A stretch of 64,000 bases of DNA, from contig JAAELT010000305.1 in NCBI GenBank assembly GCA_024226315.1, forward strand, positions 18,304 to 82,303, in the 5' to 3' direction. Source of the DNA: a bacterium (GTDB taxonomy: Bacteria > Acidobacteriota > Thermoanaerobaculia > Multivoradales > J023). Under the pieces are notes generated by a model. The model saw only the letters and a list, made by a program, of their open reading frames with translations, did not search any database and was not told the origin of the DNA. Of the stretch, positions 55,432 to 64,000 are shown piece after piece. Each line of letters starts with the position of its first letter. Position 1 is the first letter of the stretch. A program made the position numbers and the translations under genes.

Positions 55432-56505
55432 ATGAAATCAGCGGTACTGGACAAGATCGCCTCAGTGACCCTCAACTGCCGGCTGCCCCGAGAGGTCAAG
55501 CTGGGCGACGAGTTCCCCTGTCAGGAAGGGGACGTGGTGGCGGTGCGGGTGCTGACCCGCAAGTCCACCTACAACCAGCTCGAGCTCACCACTGGCCGCT
55601 TCTCGCTGGTCAAACGCGGCGACGTGATTGCCGGCGCCCTCGGTCACCGGCGGGCGCTCCTGGGCTATGCCGGCCACCTGCCCGAGCAGCTGCGGGTCGG
55701 CGACGTCATCCACCTGCTCAACACCGGCGGCTGCCTGGGCGTGTGCACGTCGTCGAATCCGGACATCGGTCCGCCCTTCGACTGCGAGGTGCTGGGCCAG
55801 ATTCTCCACTTCCCCTACCTCGGCGAACGCATCGGCGTGCCCGCCAACATCGGTCAGGGCGCCGAGCCGATGAGCGACCGGCTCGACGTCGGCGCGGTGC
55901 CGGTGGTGGCGGTGGTCGGCACCTGCATGAGCTCCGGCAAGACCCTGGCCTGCACCAGCCTCATCCAGGAGCTGGTGCGCGAGCGCCTGAAGGTACACGC
56001 GGCCAAGGCGACGGGCGTCAGCCTGCGGCGCGACGTCCACGCCATGGAGGACGCCGGGGCAAAGGAGACCATGATCTTCACCGACCTCGGCGTCGTCACC
56101 ACCCAGCGCGCCAACGCTCCGGCGCTGACGCGCAGCATGCTGTCGGCCCTGGCGGCCTCGGATCCGGACGTCATCGTGCTGGAGCTCGGCGACGGCCTGA
56201 TGGGGGACTACGGCGTCGACGCCATCTTGGAGGCCGCAGACATCCGCGAGGCGTTTTCCGCCGTGGTGCTGGCGGCCAACGACCCGGTGGGCGCCTGGGG
56301 CGGCCACCGTCAGCTCGCCGAGCGCTTCGAGATCGACACCACGGTGGTCACCGGCCCGGCGACCGACAACGTCGCCGGCACCGACCTGATCGCCGGCCGC
56401 ATGGGCGTGCCCGCCTTCAACGCCCGCACCCGGCCCTCCGAGCTCGCGAGGCACATACTGAAGCACATCCGTCAGGAAGAAGTCGCCGATGCCGTCACCA
56501 GCTGA
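55432..56505 (+). CDS. Uncharacterized P-loop-containing protein, possibly DUF1611/DgcN-like, embedded between argH and argC
   Basis: VVAVVGTCMSSGKTLACTSLIQEL (GT-x4-GKT P-loop) in the C-terminal half, with an N-terminal Rossmann-like half. Family assignment from memory, unverified. Confidence 0.5.
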   Translation: MKSAVLDKIASVTLNCRLPREVKLGDEFPCQEGDVVAVRVLTRKSTYNQLELTTGRFSLVKRGDVIAGALGHRRALLGYAGHLPEQLRVGDVIHLLNTGGCLGVCTSSNPDIGPPFDCEVLGQILHFPYLGERIGVPANIGQGAEPMSDRLDVGAVPVVAVVGTCMSSGKTLACTSLIQELVRERLKVHAAKATGVSLRRDVHAMEDAGAKETMIFTDLGVVTTQRANAPALTRSMLSALAASDPDVIVLELGDGLMGDYGVDAILEAADIREAFSAVVLAANDPVGAWGGHRQLAERFEIDTTVVTGPATDNVAGTDLIAGRMGVPAFNARTRPSELARHILKHIRQEEVADAVTS

Positions 56506-57571
56506 GATCCCCGCCCCGGCGCTCAAGGTCGCCGTGCTCGGAGCCTCCGGCTACGTGGCCGGCGAGCTGATGCGCCTGCTGGCGTTTCATCCGCGGCTCG
56601 AGCTGACGGCGGCGATCTCGCGCTCGCAGGCCGGCCGGCGGGTGACCCAGGTCTTTCCCCATCTCCGGGGCGTCTGGGACGGCCTCGCCTTCGGCAGTGA
56701 CGAAGACCTGAACGCTCTGCTCGAGGCTCCCCGCCTCGCCGTCTTTTCCTGCTTGCCCCACGGCCAGACCGCCGCCCGGCTCGACGCCCTGCTGGCGAAA
56801 GCCGAGGAGTGTGGCACCGACCTGCACCTGGTCGACCTGTCGGCGGATTTCCGTCTGCCCTCGCCCCGTGACTACGAGGAGGTCTACGGCGAAGGGCACG
56901 GCGCGCCCGGGCGCTACGGCACCTTCACCTGCGCCCTGCCCGAGCTCCTCCCCGGCACCCCGAAGGGCGCCGTGGCCCACCCCGGCTGCTTCACCACCGC
57001 CGTGACGCTCGCCTGCGCCCCCGCCCAGGCCCGCGGCCTCGCCCGGCCGCCACACTTCCGGGTTTCGGCCGTCACCGGCTCGACCGGAAGTGGCCGCAAG
57101 CCGTCGCCCACCACCCATCATCCCGAACGCCAAGGCAACCTCAGGGCCTACCTGCCCCTCGCCCACCGGCACGCGCCGGAGATGGAGATGCTGCTCGGCC
57201 GGCTGGGCGGCGAGTGCCCTGAGGTCAGCTTTGTTCCCCACTCCGGCCCCTTCAGCCGCGGCATCCACGCCACCGTCCACTTCGATCTGGCGCAGCCGAT
57301 GACCAGCGACGAGCTCGCCAAGCACTACGCCGCCTTCTACGCCATGGCGCCCTTCGTCTCCGTGGCCTCCGAACCGCCCAACCTCAAAGAAGTCGTCGCC
57401 ACCAACCGCTGCCGCCTCGGCGTCGCCGCCCGCGGCACCCGCGCCGTCGTCCTCTCGGTGATCGACAACCTCACCAAGGGCGCGGCGGGAGGCGCGGTGC
57501 AGTGGATGAACCGCCTGTGCGGTTTCGAGGAGACGGCGGGGCTGGAGCTGCCGGGAGTCGGGTGGGCTTGA
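56489..57571 (+). CDS. argC: N-acetyl-gamma-glutamyl-phosphate reductase
   Basis: KVAVLGASGYVAGELMRLL; catalytic Cys in PGCFTTAVTLA. Confidence 0.9.
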   Translation: MPSPAEIPAPALKVAVLGASGYVAGELMRLLAFHPRLELTAAISRSQAGRRVTQVFPHLRGVWDGLAFGSDEDLNALLEAPRLAVFSCLPHGQTAARLDALLAKAEECGTDLHLVDLSADFRLPSPRDYEEVYGEGHGAPGRYGTFTCALPELLPGTPKGAVAHPGCFTTAVTLACAPAQARGLARPPHFRVSAVTGSTGSGRKPSPTTHHPERQGNLRAYLPLAHRHAPEMEMLLGRLGGECPEVSFVPHSGPFSRGIHATVHFDLAQPMTSDELAKHYAAFYAMAPFVSVASEPPNLKEVVATNRCRLGVAARGTRAVVLSVIDNLTKGAAGGAVQWMNRLCGFEETAGLELPGVGWA

Positions 57572-57625
57572 AGCTCGCCTCTCTTAGAACGAGTTCCCCG
57601 ACGAAGGAACCGTGTCCTCGCGCGG

Positions 57626-57751
57626 GAAGCGAGGGTTCCCCGGCGATCGAACTGCCTCTTCGCCAGCGAAGCGAGGGTTCCCCGGCGATCGAACTGCCTC
57701 TTTACCAGCGAAGCGAGGGTTCCCCGGCGATCGAACTGTGTCTTCACGGAG
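57626..57751. repeat. Tandem repeat, 3 x 42 bp (GAAGCGAGGGTTCCCCGGCGATCGAACTGCCTCTTCGCCAGC), each unit an internal inverted repeat GCGAAG...CTTCGC
   Basis: Unit starts at 57626, 57668 and 57710; downstream of the argC stop. Confidence 0.7.
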
Positions 57752-57872
57752 CCGTTCTTCGCGCTCGTCGGGTTCTGGCAGGAGCCGGCGTCAGGGGTCG
57801 AGGCTTTCCGCGGTGCCGAAAACGCTCCCATCCCAGAGCTTCTGCGCGCCTGGAGAAGAATCTCCAGTCGGC

Positions 57873-57977
57873 CCTGATGATGCTGACGCACTTCCCTTTA
57901 CGCGCATTTTTGGTCGAGAGGCGACGGCGGGCGGCGAGTGAAATGCGCGTAGGGGAAAAGGCGTCAGCATCATCAGG
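57873..57977. repeat. Large imperfect inverted repeat (two ~37-bp arms, ~31-bp spacer); MITE-like or structured RNA/terminator
   Basis: cctgatgatgctgacgcacttccctttacgcgcattt ... aaatgcgcgtaggggaaaaggcgtcagcatcatcagg. Confidence 0.55.
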
Positions 57978-58064
57978 ATGTATTTGGATCTCTCGATAAT
58001 TCATGTGGCCGAGGATGCGGGTGGATCGTCAGTAGCGGAAGCCGGGCCCTTCCGCCCCGGGCTC

Positions 58065-58637
58065 TCACGCGTCTCCGAGCACAGCCAGAAGCTCCTCGGG
58101 CGTCAGAGCGGATATCGGGGAGCCGGCGAAGTCGGCAACGTTCCGGCTCACGATCTGAGTACAGCCAGCTGCCTCGGCCGCACTGGCCAACGCGGCGTCT
58201 TCGAAGTCGGTGAACGAGAGACTCCTCGCCCGGACGAAGGTACCGAGCGTCTGGAGCAGTTGCAGCTGGCGCTCGATCACCTCGATCGGTTCGACGAGCT
58301 CACCGAATAGATGAAGGAGGTCGTCCGGGCGCGGCAGGACCTTCCATACCGCGGCAGCCTTCCGGCCCTCGAGGAAGGAATCCGCGCTCTGGAACAGCCG
58401 CCGCCATATCTCGACCGCTACCTCGCCCGCATCTATCGTGATCCGGCCGCCGCCCACTAGGCGCTCGACCAGTACGTTATCGACCACGGCAGCGCGGAAG
58501 CCTACCGCCGGCTTCTGGAAGCTCCCGATGCCTTCGGGCGCCTCCGAGGCCAAAAGATTCTCGGCCAGCCGACCGCCAGCCGATCCGAGTCTCTCTCCGC
58601 CGCTAGTCGCACCGCCGCGATCGGCCTCGACCGCCAT
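58065..58637 (-). CDS. PIN-domain (VapC-like) protein with ~55-aa N-terminal extension (or internal GTG start near 58470)
   Basis: AVVDNVLVERLVGG... and the C-terminal block SLSFTDFEDAALASAAEAAGCTQIVSRNVADF fit the PIN pattern. No obvious antitoxin ORF upstream. Confidence 0.55.
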   Translation of the reverse strand: MAVEADRGGATSGGERLGSAGGRLAENLLASEAPEGIGSFQKPAVGFRAAVVDNVLVERLVGGGRITIDAGEVAVEIWRRLFQSADSFLEGRKAAAVWKVLPRPDDLLHLFGELVEPIEVIERQLQLLQTLGTFVRARSLSFTDFEDAALASAAEAAGCTQIVSRNVADFAGSPISALTPEELLAVLGDA

Positions 58638-58795
58638 TCACAACTCGAGGTCCGCGAGCAGGAAGCGCCGCGGCCGAGGTTGCGACTGTGAGGAGTCCGC
58701 GAAACCGTGGATGCTATGATTCGCGATGGTCGCGGCGCACGGCTGACGTACAGATGGCGGTCCGCAGCCGCACCAGCAACTGCAGGGAGACGACA

Positions 58796-59137
58796 ATGGC
58801 GGGAGCATCCCACCCTGAGACCGTGGCAAGGAGGCCGGTGGAGGCACGTGATCTGGTGCAGGCCAAGTTGTACGGAACCGAAGAGGAGGTTATCCGCGAC
58901 GCTCTACGCCATCTCCTGCGGGCACGCCCTGACGCGAGGCTCCGGCTGGCGATACATCGCTACGAGAACGAAGAGATCTCGTTAGCTCGAGCGGCTGAAA
59001 TGGCGGGCGTGAGCTGGGCTCAGATGCGGGAGATTCTGCTCGAGAGCGGAGCTCGGCCCCGGCTGGGTCCGGAGACTGTCGCAGAGGCCGAGGACGAGAT
59101 CCAGGCTCTCCGCGACTTCTTCGCCGACCGCCAATGA
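58796..59137 (+). CDS. UPF0175-family antitoxin
   Basis: AIHRYENEEISLARAAEMAGVSWAQMREILLESG. GGGAGA SD; ATGA overlap with the downstream gene. Confidence 0.7.
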   Translation: MAGASHPETVARRPVEARDLVQAKLYGTEEEVIRDALRHLLRARPDARLRLAIHRYENEEISLARAAEMAGVSWAQMREILLESGARPRLGPETVAEAEDEIQALRDFFADRQ

Positions 59138-59664
59138 GCGTCATTTCCAATACCACTGTCCTCTCCAACTTCGCAGGTATAGGCGCCCTCGATCTGCTCC
59201 GAAAGCTCTACGGCGAGATCTACCTGTCAACGGACGTCTACCAGGAGATTCAGCGAGGACTCGAGGAAGGTTATTCCTTCTACGCCGGTATCGATGCAAT
59301 AACCCATCCGAGGGCGGAGGACGGCTGGCTGCGCCTGACGACTCTCACCGGCCAAACGGAGGTTGAGCTGTTCTCGGCTCTGCCTTCTCAGTTGCACGCG
59401 GGAGAGGCTTCGAGCCTGGCGATCGCTCAGAATCGACGTTGGCTCTTTCTGACCGACGACAATGCAGCACGGAAGCTCGCACTGCGACGAGAGGTGGCAC
59501 TCTCTGGCACGCTGGGATGTCTCGCGATCGGAGTCGAGCGGAAGCTGTGGGCGCTGGAAGAGGCGAACCGATGGCTGAGAGGGATCATCGACTCCGGTTT
59601 CCACTCACCCGTTGCGGATCTTGCGGAGCTGCTGAAAGTACCCGGGCCGGATCAGCAGTCATGA
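59134..59664 (+). CDS. DUF3368-family PIN-like toxin partner of UPF0175
   Basis: MSVISNTTVLSNFAGIGALDLL...LFLTDDNAARKLA; canonical gene order with UPF0175. Confidence 0.7.
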   Translation: MSVISNTTVLSNFAGIGALDLLRKLYGEIYLSTDVYQEIQRGLEEGYSFYAGIDAITHPRAEDGWLRLTTLTGQTEVELFSALPSQLHAGEASSLAIAQNRRWLFLTDDNAARKLALRREVALSGTLGCLAIGVERKLWALEEANRWLRGIIDSGFHSPVADLAELLKVPGPDQQS

Positions 59665-60057
59665 CGACCGTGTGCGTTCTCGTCCATGTGGAACGTCGTG
59701 CTCACCACCGATGCTTCAAGGCGGCAAGGCGCTGCGTCAGAGGCGAGGAGGCGCTTTCGCGCCGAGAGTCGTCGGCCAGTCGGCACCGGCTCTCAGTATC
59801 CTCATCGAGCTCGCTCACATGGTCCCAGTGGTAGGCAAGCGCTTTCGACCAACTCCTCGCAAGGCTCGAGGTGGTGTCGAAGCGACGCATCGCTGATGGT
59901 CGGTCTTTCTCTACTGGACGGTGAGAACTCGCGACGTCCCACCTCAGAGGTGTATGAAAGTGCACCATGAGTGCACCATTTGGGCCGTGAGAGCCGCAGG
60001 AGACAATCGGCGCTGCTGAAGGGGCACCTCCTAAGATATTGCAACTAATAGATTTAC

Positions 60058-60145
60058 GTGGCGGAGGGAGTGGGATTCGAACCCACGGATGGTTGCCCAT
60101 CAACGGTTTTCAAGACCGCCGCTTTCGACCACTCAGCCATCCCTC
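60058..60145 (-). tRNA. tRNA-Ser (anticodon UGA), class II with long variable arm, CCA encoded
   Basis: Reverse complement: GGAGGGATGGCTGAGTGGTCGAAAGCGGCGGTCTTGAAAACCGTTGATGGGCAACCATCCGTGGGTTCGAATCCCACTCCCTCCGCCA. 7-bp acceptor stem, anticodon loop CTTGAAA, T-loop GGTTCGAATCC; collinear with E. coli tRNA-Ser. Confidence 0.85.
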
Positions 60146-60207
60146 CGGCGATGGACCTCGCTCGGGAGCTTACCCCGAAGCAGCGGCGAACGGCTAGCTG
60201 CCAGGCG

Positions 60208-62361
60208 TCAGCGAAGAGTCTCCGTCAAGAGCACCTCAGGTGAGCTGGCCTGCCGCTCGATCACGTAGGCCGCCCACTCATGTGACCCGGGCGAGAACAC
60301 GGACTCCGGGACGAGCATCGAGTAGCAAACGTGCTTTCCGCGCCGGTAGGTGCGAGCCGTGGACCGGATCACGCCATCGATGGCGAGGACGAGATCCACC
60401 GGAGGCTTCGTGCCGGGCGGCAGCTCGACGGCGCCCATGAGATAGGCGGGCACGTATCCCGAGGCTGGATCGACGGCAGTGAGGGCCTCGCTCTGGTCGA
60501 GACGAGCTTTGACGCTGTTGCCATGGGTCGCGAGGGCGACCCCGGAGCCTTCACTCAGCGCGTCGATCCGTAGGCCGAGGAGCTCGGGTGCCGGTCCGGC
60601 GGCGTAGACCTCGTCCCACTCCCCCGCGCCGACACGGACGATCTTGAGCCGTAGATCCTCTTCCAAGAGGGGGCTCGGCCAGTCACCGCGCGGCAGTTGG
60701 TCGGCGTCGGCTCCGGACGGATCGCGAGCTCTCAGCTGCTCGAGTCGATCGGGATCAAGGAGCCCTCTGCCCTCGACTTTCCAGGGAATCTCGAATCCCA
60801 GGACGCCGGCGATCGTCGGTAGCAGGTCGCGGAGGTCGACTGACCGGTCGTCGATCGCGCCACGGCGGGTGTGGGGAGCCTTGACGAAGAAGGGCACGTG
60901 AACCGTGCCGCCATCGCCCATCTCGCGAAAGAAGCCGCCCGGCCGATAGCTCTGGCCGTGGTCGGCGGTAACGACCACCAGGGCCTCGTCGTAGATCCCG
61001 AGCTCTTCGAGGTGATCGAGGATCCGCCCCAGCAAGCGGTCCGTGTAGCCGATCTGGAGGACCAGGCGGCGATACGCGAAGTCGACAAGGGATTCGTCAT
61101 CCTGCCAGCGCGGGTGCCCCTTCTCGCGGGCTCGCCCCTGGAGCATCTCCAGGTTCAGGCGCCGGGCACTCCCGGGGTCGACGTAGCGCCGGCCTGAGGG
61201 CAGGTAGTGGTACGGACCGTGAGGCAGTTTGAGGTGGAGGTAGGAGAGGCTGGGGCCGGAGCCTCTCGGCAACCCATCGAGGAATCGCTGGAGCTTCGCC
61301 TCGAGATCTTCCCGGGCGATCTTCTTCCGCCGTTCGCGGATGATCTGCAGGCGTTGCTCGCGCTGGTCCTCCCCGCGCGTCGGGCCGGCGAAAGATCTCG
61401 GTGTCTCCGCGTTCGCGAAATCGCCCCACTGCTGGTCGACGGCCGGCAGGCGTCCGGCCAGCTCGACGGGCGTGAGGATGTGGAGATAGACGATGGCCGA
61501 GTCTCTCAAGAGCCCCGCGAGGCGCGGGGGGGCCACCTGCTCCTCGGCCTGGCCGCAAAGCGATTCGGGACACAGCCAGGTCATCGATTCGAAGATCCAG
61601 GCGGGGGTCCGGGGCCCCACCAGGGTGAACAGGGACTGCGGGTACTCCGCGACGATCGGCAGGGTGCCCAGGACGGTGGAGCGGCCGGCCAGGAGGGCGG
61701 GCACGGCGGCAGAGGTCTCCGGGGCCACGGTCCGGGCCTGGCGAAACCAGACCGCGTCGGTCGCGAGGCGGGCGAAGGCCGGAAAGCGGACCGCGTCGAC
61801 CTCCCCCGCCTCGTCCATCAGGGCGGTGACGGGCAGGGCATCGAAGACAACGATCACGACCGGCGTCCGGCGCCACTCCACCCAGGGCCCGCCGGCTTCC
61901 CGCTGGGGAAAGATCATCGAGACGACCGGGGTGAGGAAGAGGAACACGACCGGAAAGATCAGAACCGCGGGCGACAGCACGGTCAGGAAACCCCGGATCA
62001 CGGCCTGACGGTGGTAGAGGACGGCTGAGATCGCGCCGATCACGAGGGCGCAGGCGATCGCCGCCGGGGCCGGAAAGCCGAAGCGCTTGCAGACGGGGAG
62101 GGCGATCATCGCTGCCAGCGCACCTACCAGGAACCACGTGGCGAGGGAAGCCGCGCGGCGACTGGCGAGCCGAAGGCCCGCCAGGCTGGCGGCGAGGAGG
62201 GCGGGCAGAGCCAGGCTCAGCAGCAGGACCAGCAGCCAGATCTGGAACGGCGGGGTGCGCCGGGCGACGAAGAGCTCGGCGTAGCGGCCGAAGACGTCGT
62301 AGATCGGCTGGGCGACGGCGAGGCTCCAGAGGAGAACGACGTGCAGGGCGGTGGTCCGCAT
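60208..62361 (-). CDS. Membrane-anchored sulfatase-like enzyme (LtaS/OpgB/phosphoethanolamine-transferase family, alkaline-phosphatase superfamily)
   Basis: N-terminal TM bundle plus soluble domain with VVVTADHG motif. Start set at ATG 62361 (MRTTALHVVLLWSLAV); the first 87 codons of the track ORF are Pro/Arg-rich. Confidence 0.7.
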   Translation of the reverse strand: MRTTALHVVLLWSLAVAQPIYDVFGRYAELFVARRTPPFQIWLLVLLLSLALPALLAASLAGLRLASRRAASLATWFLVGALAAMIALPVCKRFGFPAPAAIACALVIGAISAVLYHRQAVIRGFLTVLSPAVLIFPVVFLFLTPVVSMIFPQREAGGPWVEWRRTPVVIVVFDALPVTALMDEAGEVDAVRFPAFARLATDAVWFRQARTVAPETSAAVPALLAGRSTVLGTLPIVAEYPQSLFTLVGPRTPAWIFESMTWLCPESLCGQAEEQVAPPRLAGLLRDSAIVYLHILTPVELAGRLPAVDQQWGDFANAETPRSFAGPTRGEDQREQRLQIIRERRKKIAREDLEAKLQRFLDGLPRGSGPSLSYLHLKLPHGPYHYLPSGRRYVDPGSARRLNLEMLQGRAREKGHPRWQDDESLVDFAYRRLVLQIGYTDRLLGRILDHLEELGIYDEALVVVTADHGQSYRPGGFFREMGDGGTVHVPFFVKAPHTRRGAIDDRSVDLRDLLPTIAGVLGFEIPWKVEGRGLLDPDRLEQLRARDPSGADADQLPRGDWPSPLLEEDLRLKIVRVGAGEWDEVYAAGPAPELLGLRIDALSEGSGVALATHGNSVKARLDQSEALTAVDPASGYVPAYLMGAVELPPGTKPPVDLVLAIDGVIRSTARTYRRGKHVCYSMLVPESVFSPGSHEWAAYVIERQASSPEVLLTETLR

Positions 62362-62393
62362 GGGGGGCGGACCGGTTGGCGGAGTCGATGAGC

Positions 62394-63695
62394 TCACCCC
62401 GCGGCCACGATCCGCTCCAATCCCCCGGCGTAGGGACGCAGCGCCTCGGGGACGATCACCGAGCCGTCGGCCTGCTGGTAGTTCTCGAGGATGGCGATCA
62501 GGGTGCGGCCGACAGCGAGGCCGGAGCCGTTGAGGCTGTGGGCGAGGCGAGCCTTGCCGCCGCCCTCGGGGCGGTAGCGGAGGCTGGCGCGGCGAGCCTG
62601 GAAGTCGGTGCAGTTGCTGCACGAGGAGATCTCGCGGTAACGCTGCTGGCCGGGGAGCCAGACCTCGAGGTCGTAGGTCTTGGCGGCGGAGAAGCCGATG
62701 TCGCCGGTGGACAGGGTGACGACCTGGTAGGGCAGCTCGAGCAGCTGCAGGACGCGCTCGGCGTGGCCGGTGAGCTCCTCCAGGGCGTCGTAGCTGGTCT
62801 CGGGGGTGGTGAGCTGCACGAGCTCGACCTTGTTGAACTGGTGCTGGCGGATCAGACCGCGAACGTCCTTGCCATAGGAGCCGGCCTCGGCGCGGAAGCA
62901 GGGGGTGTAGGCGACGTAGCGCACCGGCAGGTCGGCCTCGGCCAGGATCTCCTCGCGGTGCAGGTTGGTGACCGGCACCTCGGCGGTGGGGATCAGGTAG
63001 AGGGCGCGCTCGTCTTCCGGGTCCGCGACGTAGAGCTTGAACAGGTCGTCTTCGAACTTCGGCAGGTTGCCGGTGCCGACCAGGATTTCGCGCTTGACCA
63101 GGAACGGCGTCAGGACTTCCTGGTAGCCATGCTCGCCAGTGTGGAGGTCGATCATGAAGCTGATCAACGCCCGCTCGAGCCGCGCGCCGGCGCCGAAGTA
63201 GACGGTGAAGCGCGCCCCGGCGAGCTTGGCGCCGCGCTCGAAGTCGAGGATGCCGAGCTCGGGACCGAGGTCCCAGTGGGCCTTCGGCTCGAAGTCGAAG
63301 CTCCGCGGCTCGCCGATGACGCGCTCGACGCGGTTGGCCGCCTCGTCGGCGCCCTCGGGCACACTCTCGTGTGGCAGGTTGGGGAAGCCCATGTGAGCCT
63401 CGCCCAGCTCCTCTTCGAGGCCAGACAGCCGGCCCTGGATCTCCTCCACCCGGACCTTGAGCTCGGAAACGGCGGCGATCTGGGCGTCGGCGTCACCACC
63501 CTCGCGCTTGATGCGGCCGATCTCCCGGCTCGCCTCGTTGCGCTGGCGCTTCAGGTCTTCGATCTCGACCAGGGACGCGCGGCGCTCGGCGTCGCTCAGG
63601 CGCCAGCGTTCAACCTGATCGGGGTCGACGCCGCGGGTGGCCAGGAGCCGCGCGGTGCGGCCGGTCTCGTCGCGCAGAAGGTCTCTTGCCAACAT
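62394..63695 (-). CDS. serS: Seryl-tRNA synthetase
   Basis: Class II aaRS motifs; [25 protein letters not shown]; collinear with SerS. Confidence 0.9.
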   Translation of the reverse strand: MLARDLLRDETGRTARLLATRGVDPDQVERWRLSDAERRASLVEIEDLKRQRNEASREIGRIKREGGDADAQIAAVSELKVRVEEIQGRLSGLEEELGEAHMGFPNLPHESVPEGADEAANRVERVIGEPRSFDFEPKAHWDLGPELGILDFERGAKLAGARFTVYFGAGARLERALISFMIDLHTGEHGYQEVLTPFLVKREILVGTGNLPKFEDDLFKLYVADPEDERALYLIPTAEVPVTNLHREEILAEADLPVRYVAYTPCFRAEAGSYGKDVRGLIRQHQFNKVELVQLTTPETSYDALEELTGHAERVLQLLELPYQVVTLSTGDIGFSAAKTYDLEVWLPGQQRYREISSCSNCTDFQARRASLRYRPEGGGKARLAHSLNGSGLAVGRTLIAILENYQQADGSVIVPEALRPYAGGLERIVAAG

Positions 63696-63836
63696 GGGAG
63701 GCAGTGTATCCAGGCACCGCGGAGAGCGTCAACGGCGGCGGCTCACCGACCGAGGGTATACTGGGAAGAGAAGTCACAAGGTGAACGGTCTTAGCGAGGA
63801 ACACGGTCTTAGAGAGGAACACTGCCATGGCTCGAG

Positions 63837-64000
63837 AAAAGAGCATCCTGTCCTGGTACCGGGCGTCGACCGAGACCGCCAAGGGGTTCATCTCGGGCAG
63901 CACGTTCGATCGCAAAGAGGTCGAGTACTCGATCATCGACGGCGAAGCCGTCTTCGAGGGCGACATCATCCTCGGCACCGAGGACGAAATGGCAGCGACC
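63837..64000 (+). CDS. Hypothetical protein, 5' fragment (continues beyond window end); possibly secreted metalloprotease-like
   Basis: ATG 63837 opens MAREKSILSWYRASTETAKGFISGSTFDRKEVEYSIIDGEAVFEGDIILGTEDEMAAT and runs to the window end. Not in the track because there is no in-window stop. Confidence 0.35.

Noticed and set aside
57337-57941. ORFs 57337..57891(-) and 57612..57941(+) with repeated KRQFDRRGTLAS / AKRGFPGDRTAS peptides
   Set aside because: Artefacts of translating the 3 x 42-bp tandem repeat.
58638-58847. 69-aa minus ORF ending immediately before the PIN gene start, considered as a candidate antitoxin
   Set aside because: Cys/Pro-rich, no antitoxin-like fold signature, and antisense to the UPF0175 gene promoter and 5' end.
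59665-60057. Possible integrase remnant between the DUF3368 gene and tRNA-Ser
   Set aside because: No ORF with recombinase motifs could be read in any frame by eye. Retained only as a hypothesis in the findings.

Overview
High-GC (~68%) bacterial chromosomal window. Overall: a minus-strand run of housekeeping and accessory genes (1-8476), a sensor kinase and a 2-oxoglutarate dehydrogenase E1 (sucA) that carries an inserted cyclic-nucleotide-binding domain, and a large surface-polysaccharide locus (17.3-21.9 kb and 32.9-44.5 kb: CDP-6-deoxyhexose genes rfbF/rfbG, GT2/GT4/GT-C transferases, Wzx flippase, TylF-like O-methyltransferase, O-acetyltransferase, carbamoyltransferase with two small membrane partners). 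That polysaccharide locus is split by an ~11 kb accessory segment (21.9-32.9 kb) holding a 9 x 42-bp palindromic tandem array, a yefM-parE cassette inserted into vapBC, two paralogous helical-repeat genes (one frameshifted), an ECF-type sigma factor with a long C-terminal extension, a tandem-PilZ protein and several dispersed GC-rich repeats. Further along are a low-GC islet encoding a SIR2-like protein translationally coupled to a STAND NTPase-coiled-coil-TM-WD40 protein (a candidate NAD-depleting conflict/defence module), a secreted PBP-VWA-FGE protein, argH, a DUF1611-like gene, argC, a second 42-bp tandem repeat plus a 105-bp inverted repeat, a PIN protein and a UPF0175/DUF3368 toxin-antitoxin pair beside tRNA-Ser(UGA), an LtaS/sulfatase-like membrane enzyme and serS. 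Many long ORFs in the track (for example 177..2954+, 42082..44880+, 15696..17258+, 17000..19330+, 32579..33871-, 33841..35250-) are antisense artefacts of real genes. Gene 1 (complement 1..2984) is absent from the track because it runs off the window edge. A 50-aa DUF5989-like gene (42066..42218-) is below the track's size cut-off.
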